The translations under genes and the position numbers were made by a program. Below, piece after piece: positions 8,429-18,167 of a DNA stretch of 64,000 nt. The stretch comes from Patescibacteria group bacterium (GTDB lineage Bacteria; Patescibacteriota; Microgenomatia; UBA1406), in the NCBI GenBank assembly GCA_041665145.1, contig JBAYJK010000001.1, positions 165,629 through 229,628 on the forward strand, given 5' to 3'. A model generated the notes under the pieces. It was not told the DNA's origin. It did not search any database and was given only the letters and a program-made list of their open reading frames with translations. Position 1 is the first letter of the stretch. Each line of letters opens with the position of its first letter.

Positions 8429-10618
8429 ATGGATACTCGTTTTGTGCCTAAAGAACAAGAAGAGCGAATATATTCTCTGTGGGAAAAAAGCGGTGCATTT
8501 GCGCCCGAATCGGGAAAACCGTACACCGTACTTATGCCTCCACCAAATGCCAATGCGTCACTGCATGCCGGACACGGTATGTATGTAGTTGACGATATTA
8601 TTACACGATGGAAACGTCTTCAAGGCTACGCATCTCTCTGGATTCCCGGACGCGATCACGCGGGATTTGAAACCCAGTACGTGTATGAAAAAAAGCTTGC
8701 CAAGGAAGGTAAGTCGCGGATGGATTTTGACAGACAAACACTCTACAACAACGTATTCCAATTTGTGAATGATAACTCCGGCCTTATTTTCCAGCAGTTT
8801 CGTCGGCTTGGTTTCCTCGCCGATTGGAAGCGTAGCGTCTTTACGCTTGATCCGCATGTCTTGAAGCGAGTATTTTTGACTTTTCAACAAATGGAGAAGG
8901 AAGGTTTAGTCTATCGTGATAATTACATCGTCAATTATTGTACGCACTGCGGCACGTCGCTTGCCGAGCTTGAGGTGTTACATGAGGAACGAATTGACCC
9001 ATTGTACTACATGAAATATGGCCCGTTTACTCTTGCAACAGTTCGTCCGGAAACAAAATTTGGTGACACGGCAGTTGCGGTGCACCCGAAAGATAAGCGG
9101 TATGCTCAATGGGTGGGAAAAGAGGTTGGGGTTGAAGGACTCTTGGGGAAATTCAAGATTAAGGTGATTGCTGACGAAATGGTGGATATGAAATTCGGAA
9201 CGGGAGTCGTGAAGGTAACACCGGCACACGACCCGAATGATTTTGAAACAGGAAAACGACACGGACTTGAAGTAAAACAGGTGATTGACCTGAATGGCCG
9301 GTTAAACCACTATGCCGGGCCATATGCCGGACTTAAAGTGAAGGAAGCACGGAAACGAATCGCGGAAGACATGGAAAAAAAAGGTTTGATGGAGAAAGTC
9401 GATACAAACTATCTGCATGCCGTGACTGTCTGCTACAAATGTAGGCATGATTTGGAGCCAATGGTTATGCCGAACTGGTTTATTAAAGTAAAAGATCTGA
9501 AACAACCGGTTATTAAAGTTGTGAAAGAAAACAAGGTAAAATTCCACCCGGCAAAGTATAAGAAACAAATACTGCAGTGGTTGGAGAATATGCACGATTG
9601 GCCGATCAGCCGACAAATTGCATGGGGTATACGCATTCCTGTTTGGTACAGTGTGACGGAAAATCCGGAAATGTTTGTAACATTTCTTAACAGAGATAAA
9701 CAGATAGTCACTCTGAAAGTAAAAGATGCTCTCTCTCAGTTTTCGTTTAATGAGATAGAATCGGGTCTTCAAAAAATCTCAGCGCCTAAAAATGCCGCAT
9801 ATATAGTCTCGGAAACAAAACCTGAGGGTGAATTTTTGCAGGAAACCGACACGTTGGATACATGGTTTTCTTCCGGTCAGTGGCCGCTGGTGACATTGAA
9901 GGACGACGAGTATCAGTCGCGTTTTCCGACAGACTTTATGGGGACACTTGCGGATATACTTAACTTCTGGGTGTCGCGCATGATTATGTTTTCTTTATAC
10001 ATTCGGAAAGAAGTGCCTTTCAAAAACGTATATCTTTGGTCTATGGTGGTCGATGGGAAAGGCCAAAAAATGAGCAAGAGCAAAGGCAACGTGATAAACC
10101 CGATGGATCTGGTGGATAAACACGGTGCAGATGCGTTTAGGGCAGCTCTGTTGTTTGGGGTTTCACAAGGAGGACGGGTACCCTTATCAGAAGATAAAGT
10201 GATCGCGATGCGTAACTTTGCCAACAAGATTTGGAATATCGGACGATTTATTGATATGAGTAAAAACTCGAAGTCCGAAATCCGAAATTCGAAACAAGAA
10301 CCAAATAGTGAAATCATCGAAAACTTGAAAAAGGAGTTTGGGGAATTGAAAAAGAAAACGGTTAAAAATATGAATAGCTACAAATTTTCCCAGGCATTTA
10401 ATGATCTTTATGAGTTCGTATGGCACCGATATGCCGATTTTTACATTGAGGCATTGAAAGAAGACTTGCGAAATGGTAACATAGAGACGTGGAATAGTTT
10501 GAAAACGGTATTGTGTGACTCGTTGAAGCTACTGCACCCGTTTATGCCGTTTGTTACTGAGGCGGTATATCAGGAATTGGAAGGTACAAAAGTTATGATT
10601 ATAAGTTCAACGCTTTAA
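8429..10618 (+). CDS. valS: Valyl-tRNA synthetase (short form, 729 aa)
   Basis: Has the class I motifs [13 protein letters not shown] (HIGH) and KMSKSKGN, plus the [10 protein letters not shown] ValRS signature. An extended -10 (TGtTATAAT, 8412-8420) sits 8 nt upstream of the ATG. Confidence 0.9.
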   Translation: MDTRFVPKEQEERIYSLWEKSGAFAPESGKPYTVLMPPPNANASLHAGHGMYVVDDIITRWKRLQGYASLWIPGRDHAGFETQYVYEKKLAKEGKSRMDFDRQTLYNNVFQFVNDNSGLIFQQFRRLGFLADWKRSVFTLDPHVLKRVFLTFQQMEKEGLVYRDNYIVNYCTHCGTSLAELEVLHEERIDPLYYMKYGPFTLATVRPETKFGDTAVAVHPKDKRYAQWVGKEVGVEGLLGKFKIKVIADEMVDMKFGTGVVKVTPAHDPNDFETGKRHGLEVKQVIDLNGRLNHYAGPYAGLKVKEARKRIAEDMEKKGLMEKVDTNYLHAVTVCYKCRHDLEPMVMPNWFIKVKDLKQPVIKVVKENKVKFHPAKYKKQILQWLENMHDWPISRQIAWGIRIPVWYSVTENPEMFVTFLNRDKQIVTLKVKDALSQFSFNEIESGLQKISAPKNAAYIVSETKPEGEFLQETDTLDTWFSSGQWPLVTLKDDEYQSRFPTDFMGTLADILNFWVSRMIMFSLYIRKEVPFKNVYLWSMVVDGKGQKMSKSKGNVINPMDLVDKHGADAFRAALLFGVSQGGRVPLSEDKVIAMRNFANKIWNIGRFIDMSKNSKSEIRNSKQEPNSEIIENLKKEFGELKKKTVKNMNSYKFSQAFNDLYEFVWHRYADFYIEALKEDLRNGNIETWNSLKTVLCDSLKLLHPFMPFVTEAVYQELEGTKVMIISSTL

Positions 10619-10619
10619 A

Positions 10620-10769
10620 ATGGCTTACAAAGGCAATAAAACATCGAAAATTAAGAGAATTCGTACTCACGGTTTTCGTAAACGTATCAGCTCGAAAGAC
10701 GGACTTAAAGTATTAAAACGACGTCGGGCTGTTGGTCGGAAGCGACTTGCTGTTACGGTTCATAAATGA
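10620..10769 (+). CDS. rpmH: 50S ribosomal protein L34 (49 aa; absent from the ORF track because it is under 60 aa)
   Basis: My translation is [49 protein letters not shown], which carries the classic L34 signature (R.HGFR.R....G..VL..RR..GRK.L). Confidence 0.9.
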   Translation: MAYKGNKTSKIKRIRTHGFRKRISSKDGLKVLKRRRAVGRKRLAVTVHK

Positions 10770-11629
10770 AAAAGTCAGGAATAGTTCTCTTACTAGGCAG
10801 ACCAAACGTGGGGAAGTCAACGCTTCTGAACACGCTCATTGGTCAGAAAGTTAGTATTACATCCCCAAAGTCTCAAACAACTCGCGCACCTCTTAAAGCG
10901 TTATTTGAGGATGAGCGGGGACAGCTTTTGTTTGTGGATACTCCCGGAGTTTTTTTGAAAGCGCAAGACAAGCTCTCAAAAACAATTAATCGACGAACCC
11001 TGTCTGCCGTAGAAGAAGATTTTGACGTGGCTGTGTACATGGTCGACCAAACGCGTGCGCGCAATTTTGAAGAGGGAAGAGTTGCCGGGATAGTCCGCGG
11101 TATTTCAAAACCCAAGATACTGGTCATTAATAAAATTGATGCAGAAGGACCCAACCACTATGCTGAGTACAGATATTTAGAAGATGAAATCCCGGAAGTG
11201 TACAAAATTTCCGCATTAAAACAGAAACATCTCAAGCCTCTTTTGGATGGAATCTTTGAAAAAGTGAACAGACCCTATCCCATCGTGCCACCTGAAGATG
11301 TCGGCCATCCAGGCTTAACTCTTCACAGCACACAGTTTGTTGAAGAAATAATACGTGAAAAAATTTATCTGTTTACCCGTGAAGAAGTTCCGTATAAAAC
11401 AGGTGTTCATGTGGAAGAAATAACAGAACGAAAAAGCGGACTACTCTATATAAAAGCACAGATATTGGTTACTGACAAACGGTACCGCAAGATGCTTATC
11501 GGAAGAGAAGGCCGGATGGTAACGGAAATCGGCCGTGCTGCACGTAAAGAACTGGAGCTTGCCCGTGGAAAGAAAGTATTCCTGGATCTGCGGATTGAAA
11601 CCGATTATCACTTGCTCGATAATGTTTAG
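10766..11629 (+). CDS. era: GTPase Era
   Basis: G1 is [10 protein letters not shown]3 is DTPG and G4 is NKID. The C-terminus is a KH domain. ATGA start/stop overlap with rpmH. Confidence 0.9.
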   Translation: MKKSGIVLLLGRPNVGKSTLLNTLIGQKVSITSPKSQTTRAPLKALFEDERGQLLFVDTPGVFLKAQDKLSKTINRRTLSAVEEDFDVAVYMVDQTRARNFEEGRVAGIVRGISKPKILVINKIDAEGPNHYAEYRYLEDEIPEVYKISALKQKHLKPLLDGIFEKVNRPYPIVPPEDVGHPGLTLHSTQFVEEIIREKIYLFTREEVPYKTGVHVEEITERKSGLLYIKAQILVTDKRYRKMLIGREGRMVTEIGRAARKELELARGKKVFLDLRIETDYHLLDNV

Positions 11630-12438
11630 TTTTTCAAAGTAAAGAAAGACCTGTCTCCAATTTGAATTGGTATGGTCGTTTTGTAGCCTGAATATACTGC
11701 TGCAGCATGACTACTCTCTTGGTTCGAAGTAAACAGGGGTCTTAATACGTCGGTAGGAATTGATGCCACCTCTTTCATGGTATGTGCGTAGGCAAATAAT
11801 GACGCAGTTGTCGGAGCTCCTACGCAAGCACCAACACATGCCGAAAGATGCAACAACACGGCCAAATATTTTTCTGAAAGTTCAAATTTATCTGCCTCTG
11901 CGCTGAACGCTTGTAGAAGTCGTAGAGACTGAAAACTGTGTGCTGCAGTAAATTCGCGAGGAGACGCTTTTACCATAGGTGCTAAATACGGAGCTTCCAG
12001 ATTGTTTATGTATAAGACGTATCCCAATTGTATAAGGAAATCTGGACGTATTGTTTCAGGGATACCATCAAACCAGTTTTTGATTGCTTCAATTGTTTTT
12101 TTCCCTTCCCATATGCCGTTCGGCATAGTTCTCCGAAGCGGTGCGCAACAATCAGCCATTCTTTGAATTGTTAGCGCTTCGGCTGCTGAAAAGAATTCTG
12201 TTGCTGAAATTACTGCCTGCGCTGCGATACTTTGTTCGAGTGTTGGGGGGTTGTTCAACTGATCAACAACAAATCTTTGAGCTTCTTGTAAGTTTAGGTC
12301 AACCCCAAAACCCATAGGCAGAGCCAGTCCTTCAATTTTAATTACGCTACCTCGGGGAACAGTGAACTGGTTAAGTAATGCAGAAGTTTTTTTATAGTCT
12401 GTTCCCGGTTTAAGACTATAGAGATGCTCTAAAGACAT
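11626..12438 (-). CDS. Hypothetical protein (270 aa, no recognised family)
   Basis: The long ORF has a leaderless-type start, with TATAAT 5 nt upstream of the ATG on the minus strand. It contains the segment SACVGACVGAP. Confidence 0.5.
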   Translation of the reverse strand: MSLEHLYSLKPGTDYKKTSALLNQFTVPRGSVIKIEGLALPMGFGVDLNLQEAQRFVVDQLNNPPTLEQSIAAQAVISATEFFSAAEALTIQRMADCCAPLRRTMPNGIWEGKKTIEAIKNWFDGIPETIRPDFLIQLGYVLYINNLEAPYLAPMVKASPREFTAAHSFQSLRLLQAFSAEADKFELSEKYLAVLLHLSACVGACVGAPTTASLFAYAHTMKEVASIPTDVLRPLFTSNQESSHAAAVYSGYKTTIPIQIGDRSFFTLKN

Positions 12439-12508
12439 ATGGGATTATACCACAAAACTATAGGACACTAAAACCATTAGTCCATTATGTATGGTATTAT
12501 GTATCTAT

Positions 12509-13246
12509 ATGGAACTTAAAGGCAAAAAATTTTGGGATACCATTGCTCCGACATTCGTTAACGAATCAACCTTCAGCAGAAAATATGTGTTTGTACCCCA
12601 GTTAATAAAGATTCTTGGTAATGTTAAAAATAAGAAGATTTTCGAAATCGGTTGCGGACCGGGAAAAAATTTGATGATTTTTGCCCAAAAAGGGGCAATT
12701 TGTGCCGGGATAGATTATTCTGAGGACATGATCTCAGTCGCACGTCAGGAAGCCGAAAGAAAAAATGTGTACATAGACTATTCCGTTGTCGACGCACTAA
12801 ATCTCAAAAGTGTTACCGGCACATTTGATTTTGTGCTGATTGCTAACTTCCTGATATTTTTGAAGGGTAAAACAAATGTAGAGCGTGTTTTAAAGCATGC
12901 TGCACGATTATTAAGTCCTACCGGGAAGCTTGTTATCGGAGAACCGCATCCGGCCTTCGATTACTACATGAGAACCCACCTAAACGAGAATAAATTTGAT
13001 TATTTTACGAGCGGAATGTCGTATCAATTCTCCATGGATTTACCTTCAGGCAAATATTCATCGCACGCGTACCGCATAACGCTCGAAGATTATGCGCGCG
13101 TACTTCGCGCATCGGGGTTTGGAATACGTAATATTTATGAGCCGAAACCTGTTGCAAAGGCGTTCACGGAGCAGCCGGAAACGGCAAAGCAAAAATCACA
13201 TTTCCCGCCGTATATTTTTTTTGAATGCACGAAAGCTCAGTTTTGA
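12509..13246 (+). CDS. Class I SAM-dependent methyltransferase
   Basis: Has motif I EIGCGPGKN and a post-I acidic residue (GIDYS). The start is set at ATG 12509, 8 nt after TGgTATTAT. Confidence 0.75.
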   Translation: MELKGKKFWDTIAPTFVNESTFSRKYVFVPQLIKILGNVKNKKIFEIGCGPGKNLMIFAQKGAICAGIDYSEDMISVARQEAERKNVYIDYSVVDALNLKSVTGTFDFVLIANFLIFLKGKTNVERVLKHAARLLSPTGKLVIGEPHPAFDYYMRTHLNENKFDYFTSGMSYQFSMDLPSGKYSSHAYRITLEDYARVLRASGFGIRNIYEPKPVAKAFTEQPETAKQKSHFPPYIFFECTKAQF

Positions 13247-14652
13247 GCACCTATATTTCTGAGTCTATCAGAAACTCTTTCCTTGCCGATTATTTCCATT
13301 CCCTCGAATAACGGGGCAGTGACTTTCTGATTCGAAAGCGCAAAGCGGAGATCCATATAGAGTTTTACCGGTTTTACATTATGCTTGTTTGCGACATCTT
13401 CCGCAGTTTTGTAGATTTTGGTATGTGCCCATTGGTCCAATGAGTACAATGAATCTAATAAGTCCAATTTGACTAGCTTTAAAGTTTCCAGGGGAAATTC
13501 AATTTTGTCCGGTTGCTCAAATATAAACCGGACCAGTGGCCAATAATCAGAAAGCTTTTTCATTCGTGTTTGTACAAGTGGAATAGTTTTCTCTACAATC
13601 GCAGGGTCCAATTTTTTATCTTTGTACCTCTCCATATACTCCAACACTTTAGACTTTAAACTTTTTACTTTATACTTCCGTATGTACTCCCCGTTCATCC
13701 ATTCAAGCTTGGTTAAATCAAACTTGGGATTAATAGGGTCAAGATCCTTAAAGTCGAAAAGCCTAACAAACTCTTCAAAATCAAAAATCTCTTTTTGCTC
13801 CGGGTGGCTCCAACCGAGAAGTGCAATAAAGTTTAAGACTGCTTCCGGTAAATAACCCTGCTCCTGATACCAAGAAACACTAGCGTGACCGTTTCGCTTG
13901 GCCATTTTCGAACCATCCATGTTTGTGATCAGGGGAGTATGGGTCACGACAGGCATGTCCCAACCGAAATAATCGTAGAGCAGTTTATGTTTCGGATAAC
14001 TCGGTAGCCATTCCGGTCCACGAAGGATGTGTGTTGTTTCCATCAGGTGATCGTCAACAACAACTGCGAGATGATAAGTAGGGAACCCGTCAGTTTTAAG
14101 AATTACCTGATCATCAGTAAGTGATGAGTCGAAAGATACGTCGCCGCGAATGAGGTCATGCACGATGATTGTGGTATTTTCGGGAATCTTCATTCTGATA
14201 ACATATGGTTCTCCTTTTGCAATTCTTTCTTTTGATTCGGCGAGTGGAATATTTCGGCACTTTTTGTCATAAATAGAGGGCTTTTTTTCGAGCTGATTTT
14301 TTTTACGGACTTCATCTAGTCTCTCCGCGGTACAGAAACAATAATATGCATGATTCTTCTCTACAAGTTCAAGTGCATATTTCTTGTACAATTCTAGTCT
14401 CTCGGATTGTTTATATGGACCGTACTTTCCCGGATTCCGGGGACTTTCATCCTCGGTTAATTTGAACCAGTCAATCGATTCATAGATCTTGTTTTCCGCA
14501 CCTTCGACAAATCGTTTCTGGTCGGTGTCCTCTATGCGTATAAAAAACGTTCCATTATTTTTTGTTGCAAATGCCCGATCAAGCATCGCTTGATATACCG
14601 TTCCGATATGGGGAAAGCCTGTCGGAGAAGGGGCAATTCTTGTACGTACCAT
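13237..14652 (-). CDS. gltX: Glutamyl-tRNA synthetase
   Basis: Has RIAPSPTGFPHIGT (HIGH region) and SKMAKRNG (KMSKS). The start is set at ATG 14652, 6 nt after TATAAT (14659-14664, minus strand). The longer ORF to 14733 runs through repeat DNA. Confidence 0.9.
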   Translation of the reverse strand: MVRTRIAPSPTGFPHIGTVYQAMLDRAFATKNNGTFFIRIEDTDQKRFVEGAENKIYESIDWFKLTEDESPRNPGKYGPYKQSERLELYKKYALELVEKNHAYYCFCTAERLDEVRKKNQLEKKPSIYDKKCRNIPLAESKERIAKGEPYVIRMKIPENTTIIVHDLIRGDVSFDSSLTDDQVILKTDGFPTYHLAVVVDDHLMETTHILRGPEWLPSYPKHKLLYDYFGWDMPVVTHTPLITNMDGSKMAKRNGHASVSWYQEQGYLPEAVLNFIALLGWSHPEQKEIFDFEEFVRLFDFKDLDPINPKFDLTKLEWMNGEYIRKYKVKSLKSKVLEYMERYKDKKLDPAIVEKTIPLVQTRMKKLSDYWPLVRFIFEQPDKIEFPLETLKLVKLDLLDSLYSLDQWAHTKIYKTAEDVANKHNVKPVKLYMDLRFALSNQKVTAPLFEGMEIIGKERVSDRLRNIGAQN

Positions 14653-14678
14653 ATCTGTATTATACACATAATCATTTA

Positions 14679-14772
14679 AGCACGAAATTCGAATTTCGAA
14701 AACCGAAACAAATTCAAATTTTTTAAATTTCAAAGATATTTTCGGATTTCGTGCTTCGGATTTCGGATTTCT
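14679..14772. repeat. Inverted repeat plus CGAAAT/TCGGATTTCG micro-repeats in the divergent gltX / 14788 intergenic region
   Basis: AAGCACGAAATTCGAA (14679-14694) matches the reverse complement of TTCGGATTTCGTGCTT (14742-14757) with one mismatch. TTCGGATTTCG is tandemly reiterated at 14756-14772. Confidence 0.7.
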
Positions 14773-14787
14773 TTGTATACTGAATGT

Positions 14788-15864
14788 ATGACTCTTACGG
14801 AACTTTCATATCAGTCGCGAATCATCGCAAAACTGGCGCTTTTGTTTGTCGGAGGAAGCCTGGTTTTCTATGTCATGATGCTGCTTATGATCCAACTTTT
14901 GCAGCGCCCACAAAGTGTGCATGTGACGTTTAAACCCGCATTCGGCAAACTTGAAGCACCGGCGTTTGAACAAGCTCAGCGACCGAAAGACTTGGATTTT
15001 GTTCTCGACACTGTTGACGGAACCCTTCCACAAACAACACCCTCAGGACAAATCTTTTTCATCCCCCAGAAGCAAGCAACTCTTTTATATTTAACGAGAG
15101 CAAATGCTCTGGCGCAGAGTTTCGGTATCGACACTGAAGAATATCCTCAACAAACGGTCGATGATTCATGGGTACGGTTTGCGACTCCGTCCGATGAGTT
15201 GAAAGTAAACACGAAGTATTTTCACTTTAATTACACAATGAACCCGACCACCGCATTGCAACAGTTAATTGAAACGACCCCTTCCGCAAAGTTTACGCAA
15301 CTTGAGGATCAATTTGTGCAAACTGCAAAAGACGCCCTACTTGCCCGTTCTGCATATACTCCTGACGTTGCGGCAGGAAAAACGAACATTGTTTACTTGC
15401 GGTACAATCTTGATGCAAAGCAGTTTTATCCTATCACCGCAGACGAGGTTCCGCAGGCAGTAAGAATCGACTTTTTCCGCAAGGACGAATTGTTCAGCGT
15501 AGTTTCCCCACAGTATTTTGTAAGCCAAAACTATGTGATTCTTGCGCCATTGACCAATACAGCAAGCGCTGTGGCGATGCAATACAAGAGTTATGACGTA
15601 CTCAGAGATACAACCGGCGATTATCCCCTCAAATCTGCCACGATTGCGTGGGACGAGCTGACGAGCGGGGAAGCGGCAATCATATCGTTGCAGGATAATC
15701 CGACTGGCACGATCAGAATAAAACAGATCTTTTTGGCCTATTACGATCCGGAATCATATCAAAAATATCTCCAACCGGTGTTTGTCTTTTTGGGAGATCA
15801 GAATTACGTCGGATATTTGCCCGCAGTTCAATCAGACTATCTTATTCAATTGAAGAGTAAGTAA
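14788..15864 (+). CDS. Hypothetical membrane-anchored protein (N-terminal TM helix, large extracytoplasmic part)
   Basis: The ORF has one N-terminal TM helix (LALLFVGGSLVFYVMMLLMIQLL). The start is set at ATG 14788, 6 nt after TATACT (14776-14781). Confidence 0.5.
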   Translation: MTLTELSYQSRIIAKLALLFVGGSLVFYVMMLLMIQLLQRPQSVHVTFKPAFGKLEAPAFEQAQRPKDLDFVLDTVDGTLPQTTPSGQIFFIPQKQATLLYLTRANALAQSFGIDTEEYPQQTVDDSWVRFATPSDELKVNTKYFHFNYTMNPTTALQQLIETTPSAKFTQLEDQFVQTAKDALLARSAYTPDVAAGKTNIVYLRYNLDAKQFYPITADEVPQAVRIDFFRKDELFSVVSPQYFVSQNYVILAPLTNTASAVAMQYKSYDVLRDTTGDYPLKSATIAWDELTSGEAAIISLQDNPTGTIRIKQIFLAYYDPESYQKYLQPVFVFLGDQNYVGYLPAVQSDYLIQLKSK

Positions 15865-16771
15865 GGTTCGTATTCACAAGATCGATGAGTAGTCGTGTAT
15901 CGGCGAAACGATCTTCGCTCTTAAGTATGACAATCGCCAATTGTTTGCCGTTTTTGGTGTAATAGGAAATGAGATTTTGTCCTGCCAGTTCCGTCGTTCC
16001 GGTTTTCAAACCGCCAAGATGCGGAATTTCCCCGACTAATTCGTTCAAGTTAGACAAATAATGATAGCGGGTATAATCTGCGTCGGTTACGGTAATGTAT
16101 TTTGTGGAGGTGATGTTTAGCAGAAATGGGTGGTATATGAATTCCCGTGCCAGAAGAGCCAGATCCCGCGCAGTCGTTGTTTGTTGTGGGTCGTCAAAAC
16201 CGATAGGGTTTGTGAAGTGTGTCTGATTCATGTGTAGTCTCTGAGCCAATGTGTTCATTTCCTCCACGAACGCCGGAATTCCTCCGGTGTAATGCTCCGC
16301 AAGAGTATATGCTGCATCATTCGCCGAATACATGAGTGCTCCGTAAAGAAGATTAAGTACGCTGATTCGTTCGCCAACAGTCAGATCCATTTTTGTCTCT
16401 TCTTCTATGGTGCTTTTTACCGTGACCACATCATCCAACTTATAGTGAGTGTAGGAAACCAAAGATGTTGCGAGCTTGACGGTTGATGCGGGCATCATGG
16501 ATTTTGTCGCATTTTGAGAAATAATAGGGGTAAATGAATCAAGATCATAGATAGCGTATGCATGTGCAGAAATCTGCGGAACCGTAGCATTTGTCAGAAA
16601 CGGAAGCGGAAACGGCTGGAATGGAGTTACTGGACGCGGTAAGAATGCGGATGGGTTTTTGGAATACCATTCCAACGGTTGTTGCTGGCCGGGATACAAT
16701 ATAAACATCAGCCCACATAACACATATAAGAAGTATTTGCCGAATTTTCTTACATTATTTTTTGCGTGCAT
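15842..16771 (-). CDS. D-alanyl-D-alanine carboxypeptidase (peptidase S11, PBP5-like)
   Basis: Has the SxxK (ASTVK), SxN (YSAND) and KTG (LKTGTT) motifs and an N-terminal signal/anchor. Confidence 0.8.
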   Translation of the reverse strand: MHAKNNVRKFGKYFLYVLCGLMFILYPGQQQPLEWYSKNPSAFLPRPVTPFQPFPLPFLTNATVPQISAHAYAIYDLDSFTPIISQNATKSMMPASTVKLATSLVSYTHYKLDDVVTVKSTIEEETKMDLTVGERISVLNLLYGALMYSANDAAYTLAEHYTGGIPAFVEEMNTLAQRLHMNQTHFTNPIGFDDPQQTTTARDLALLAREFIYHPFLLNITSTKYITVTDADYTRYHYLSNLNELVGEIPHLGGLKTGTTELAGQNLISYYTKNGKQLAIVILKSEDRFADTRLLIDLVNTNLTYSSIE

Positions 16772-18167
16772 TCGTTGATAGCCCCAATTCTAGTAACTGT
16801 TCGGTACTGGGTTCACTCGGGGCATCCATAACGGCAGTTTTTCCGCTCGAATTCATGGGGAAGGCAATAGCCTCTTTTAATGAATTCTGGCGGGACATTA
16901 TCATTACGTGCCGATCAAGACCGAGAGCAATCCCTCCGTGCGGAGGTGTTCCATAACCGAATGCATCGATAATATGTCCGACGCTTGCCGATGTTTCCTC
17001 GTTACTGTATCCCATAATGCGGTATGTTGCTTCCAGAATTTCGCTTTTATGTGCGCGTATGCTTCCCCCTCCTGCCTCATAGCCGTTACACACAAGATCA
17101 TATTGGGTAGTAGTAATCTCATCAACATGAGTTCCTGCAAGGTGCCATTCGAGGTGCTCGGGTATCGGCATGCTGAAAGGGTTGTGTGTGAAAGTCCATC
17201 CGCTTTTACCATCCGTAACTTCTGCCCGGTCCTGTTTGTCGACTTTCTTGAAAAAGGGGAAATTTATGACCCAAGCGAATGCCAAAACGCCGTCTGCTTT
17301 TTCCTGCTCAGATCTGAGATCAAATTTATCAGCCCCGAATTGCTTTATGGCATCGTTATAACTGAACACGGGAAACGTATCTTTTTGCAGCTTTCCTCCG
17401 GTGGCTTTAACCGCATTTTTGACGATCTCTTCGACCGTAGCCATTACATCCTCGCGATTCACGAAACTCATTTCGATATCAAGTTGCGTGTGTTCAAAAC
17501 CGCGATCCGCACGCAAATCCTCGTCCCGTATACAACGTGCAAATTGGAAGTACCGTTCGACTCCCGAGACCATCAGCAGTTGTTTATATTGTTGCGGCGA
17601 TTGAGGAAGTGCGTAAAATTTTCCGGGTTGCAATCGCGATGGAACCAGAAAATCCCGAGCCCCTTCTTTAGTTGCTTTTGTGAGCATAGGAGTCTCTACT
17701 TCAATAAACGACTTTTTTCCCAATTCACTTCTGAGAGCACGATAGTAGTCTGATCTTAATTTCAGTGTTTCCATCATCCGTGCTCTCCGTAAATCAAGAT
17801 AGCGATATTTCAGACGAAGCTCTTCATCAATTTCAAGACCATCGGTGTCGATAGGGAACGGAGGAGTTTTTGCATGGCTCAGAATATCGAGGGATTCCGC
17901 CTGTATTTCAATAGTACCTGTTGGAATATCTTTATTGATCAGTTTCTCCGGACGTTCTTTCACAAGACCGATGATATGAACAACATCTTCACTGCTCACG
18001 TCTCCGAGCGATTTGTCCCCGACAACCTGCACGATTCCCGTATGGTCTCGGATATCAAGAAAAACTAGCTTACCATGTTCGCGTTTGCTGAAAACCCACC
18101 CGAACAAATCAACTTTTTCGCCCGTGTGTTTCGCAAGGTCTTCGAAAAATATTTTTTTAGTATCCAT
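16755..18167 (-). CDS. aspS: Aspartyl-tRNA synthetase, bacterial type but lacking the GAD insertion domain
   Basis: Has the OB-fold N-terminus, motif 2 FRCIRDEDLRADRGFEHTQLDIEMSF and motif 3 GGIALGLDR. Only about 30 aa separate DKFDLRS and WVINFPFF, where the GAD domain normally sits. Confidence 0.9.
   Translation of the reverse strand: MDTKKIFFEDLAKHTGEKVDLFGWVFSKREHGKLVFLDIRDHTGIVQVVGDKSLGDVSSEDVVHIIGLVKERPEKLINKDIPTGTIEIQAESLDILSHAKTPPFPIDTDGLEIDEELRLKYRYLDLRRARMMETLKLRSDYYRALRSELGKKSFIEVETPMLTKATKEGARDFLVPSRLQPGKFYALPQSPQQYKQLLMVSGVERYFQFARCIRDEDLRADRGFEHTQLDIEMSFVNREDVMATVEEIVKNAVKATGGKLQKDTFPVFSYNDAIKQFGADKFDLRSEQEKADGVLAFAWVINFPFFKKVDKQDRAEVTDGKSGWTFTHNPFSMPIPEHLEWHLAGTHVDEITTTQYDLVCNGYEAGGGSIRAHKSEILEATYRIMGYSNEETSASVGHIIDAFGYGTPPHGGIALGLDRHVMIMSRQNSLKEAIAFPMNSSGKTAVMDAPSEPSTEQLLELGLSTNARKK

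Noticed and set aside
14653-14733. Longer gltX start encoding MKFKKFEFVSVFEIRISCLNDYVYNTD.
   Set aside because: It reads through intergenic repeat DNA. The HIGH-region N-terminus starts at ATG 14652, with a TATAAT 6 nt upstream.
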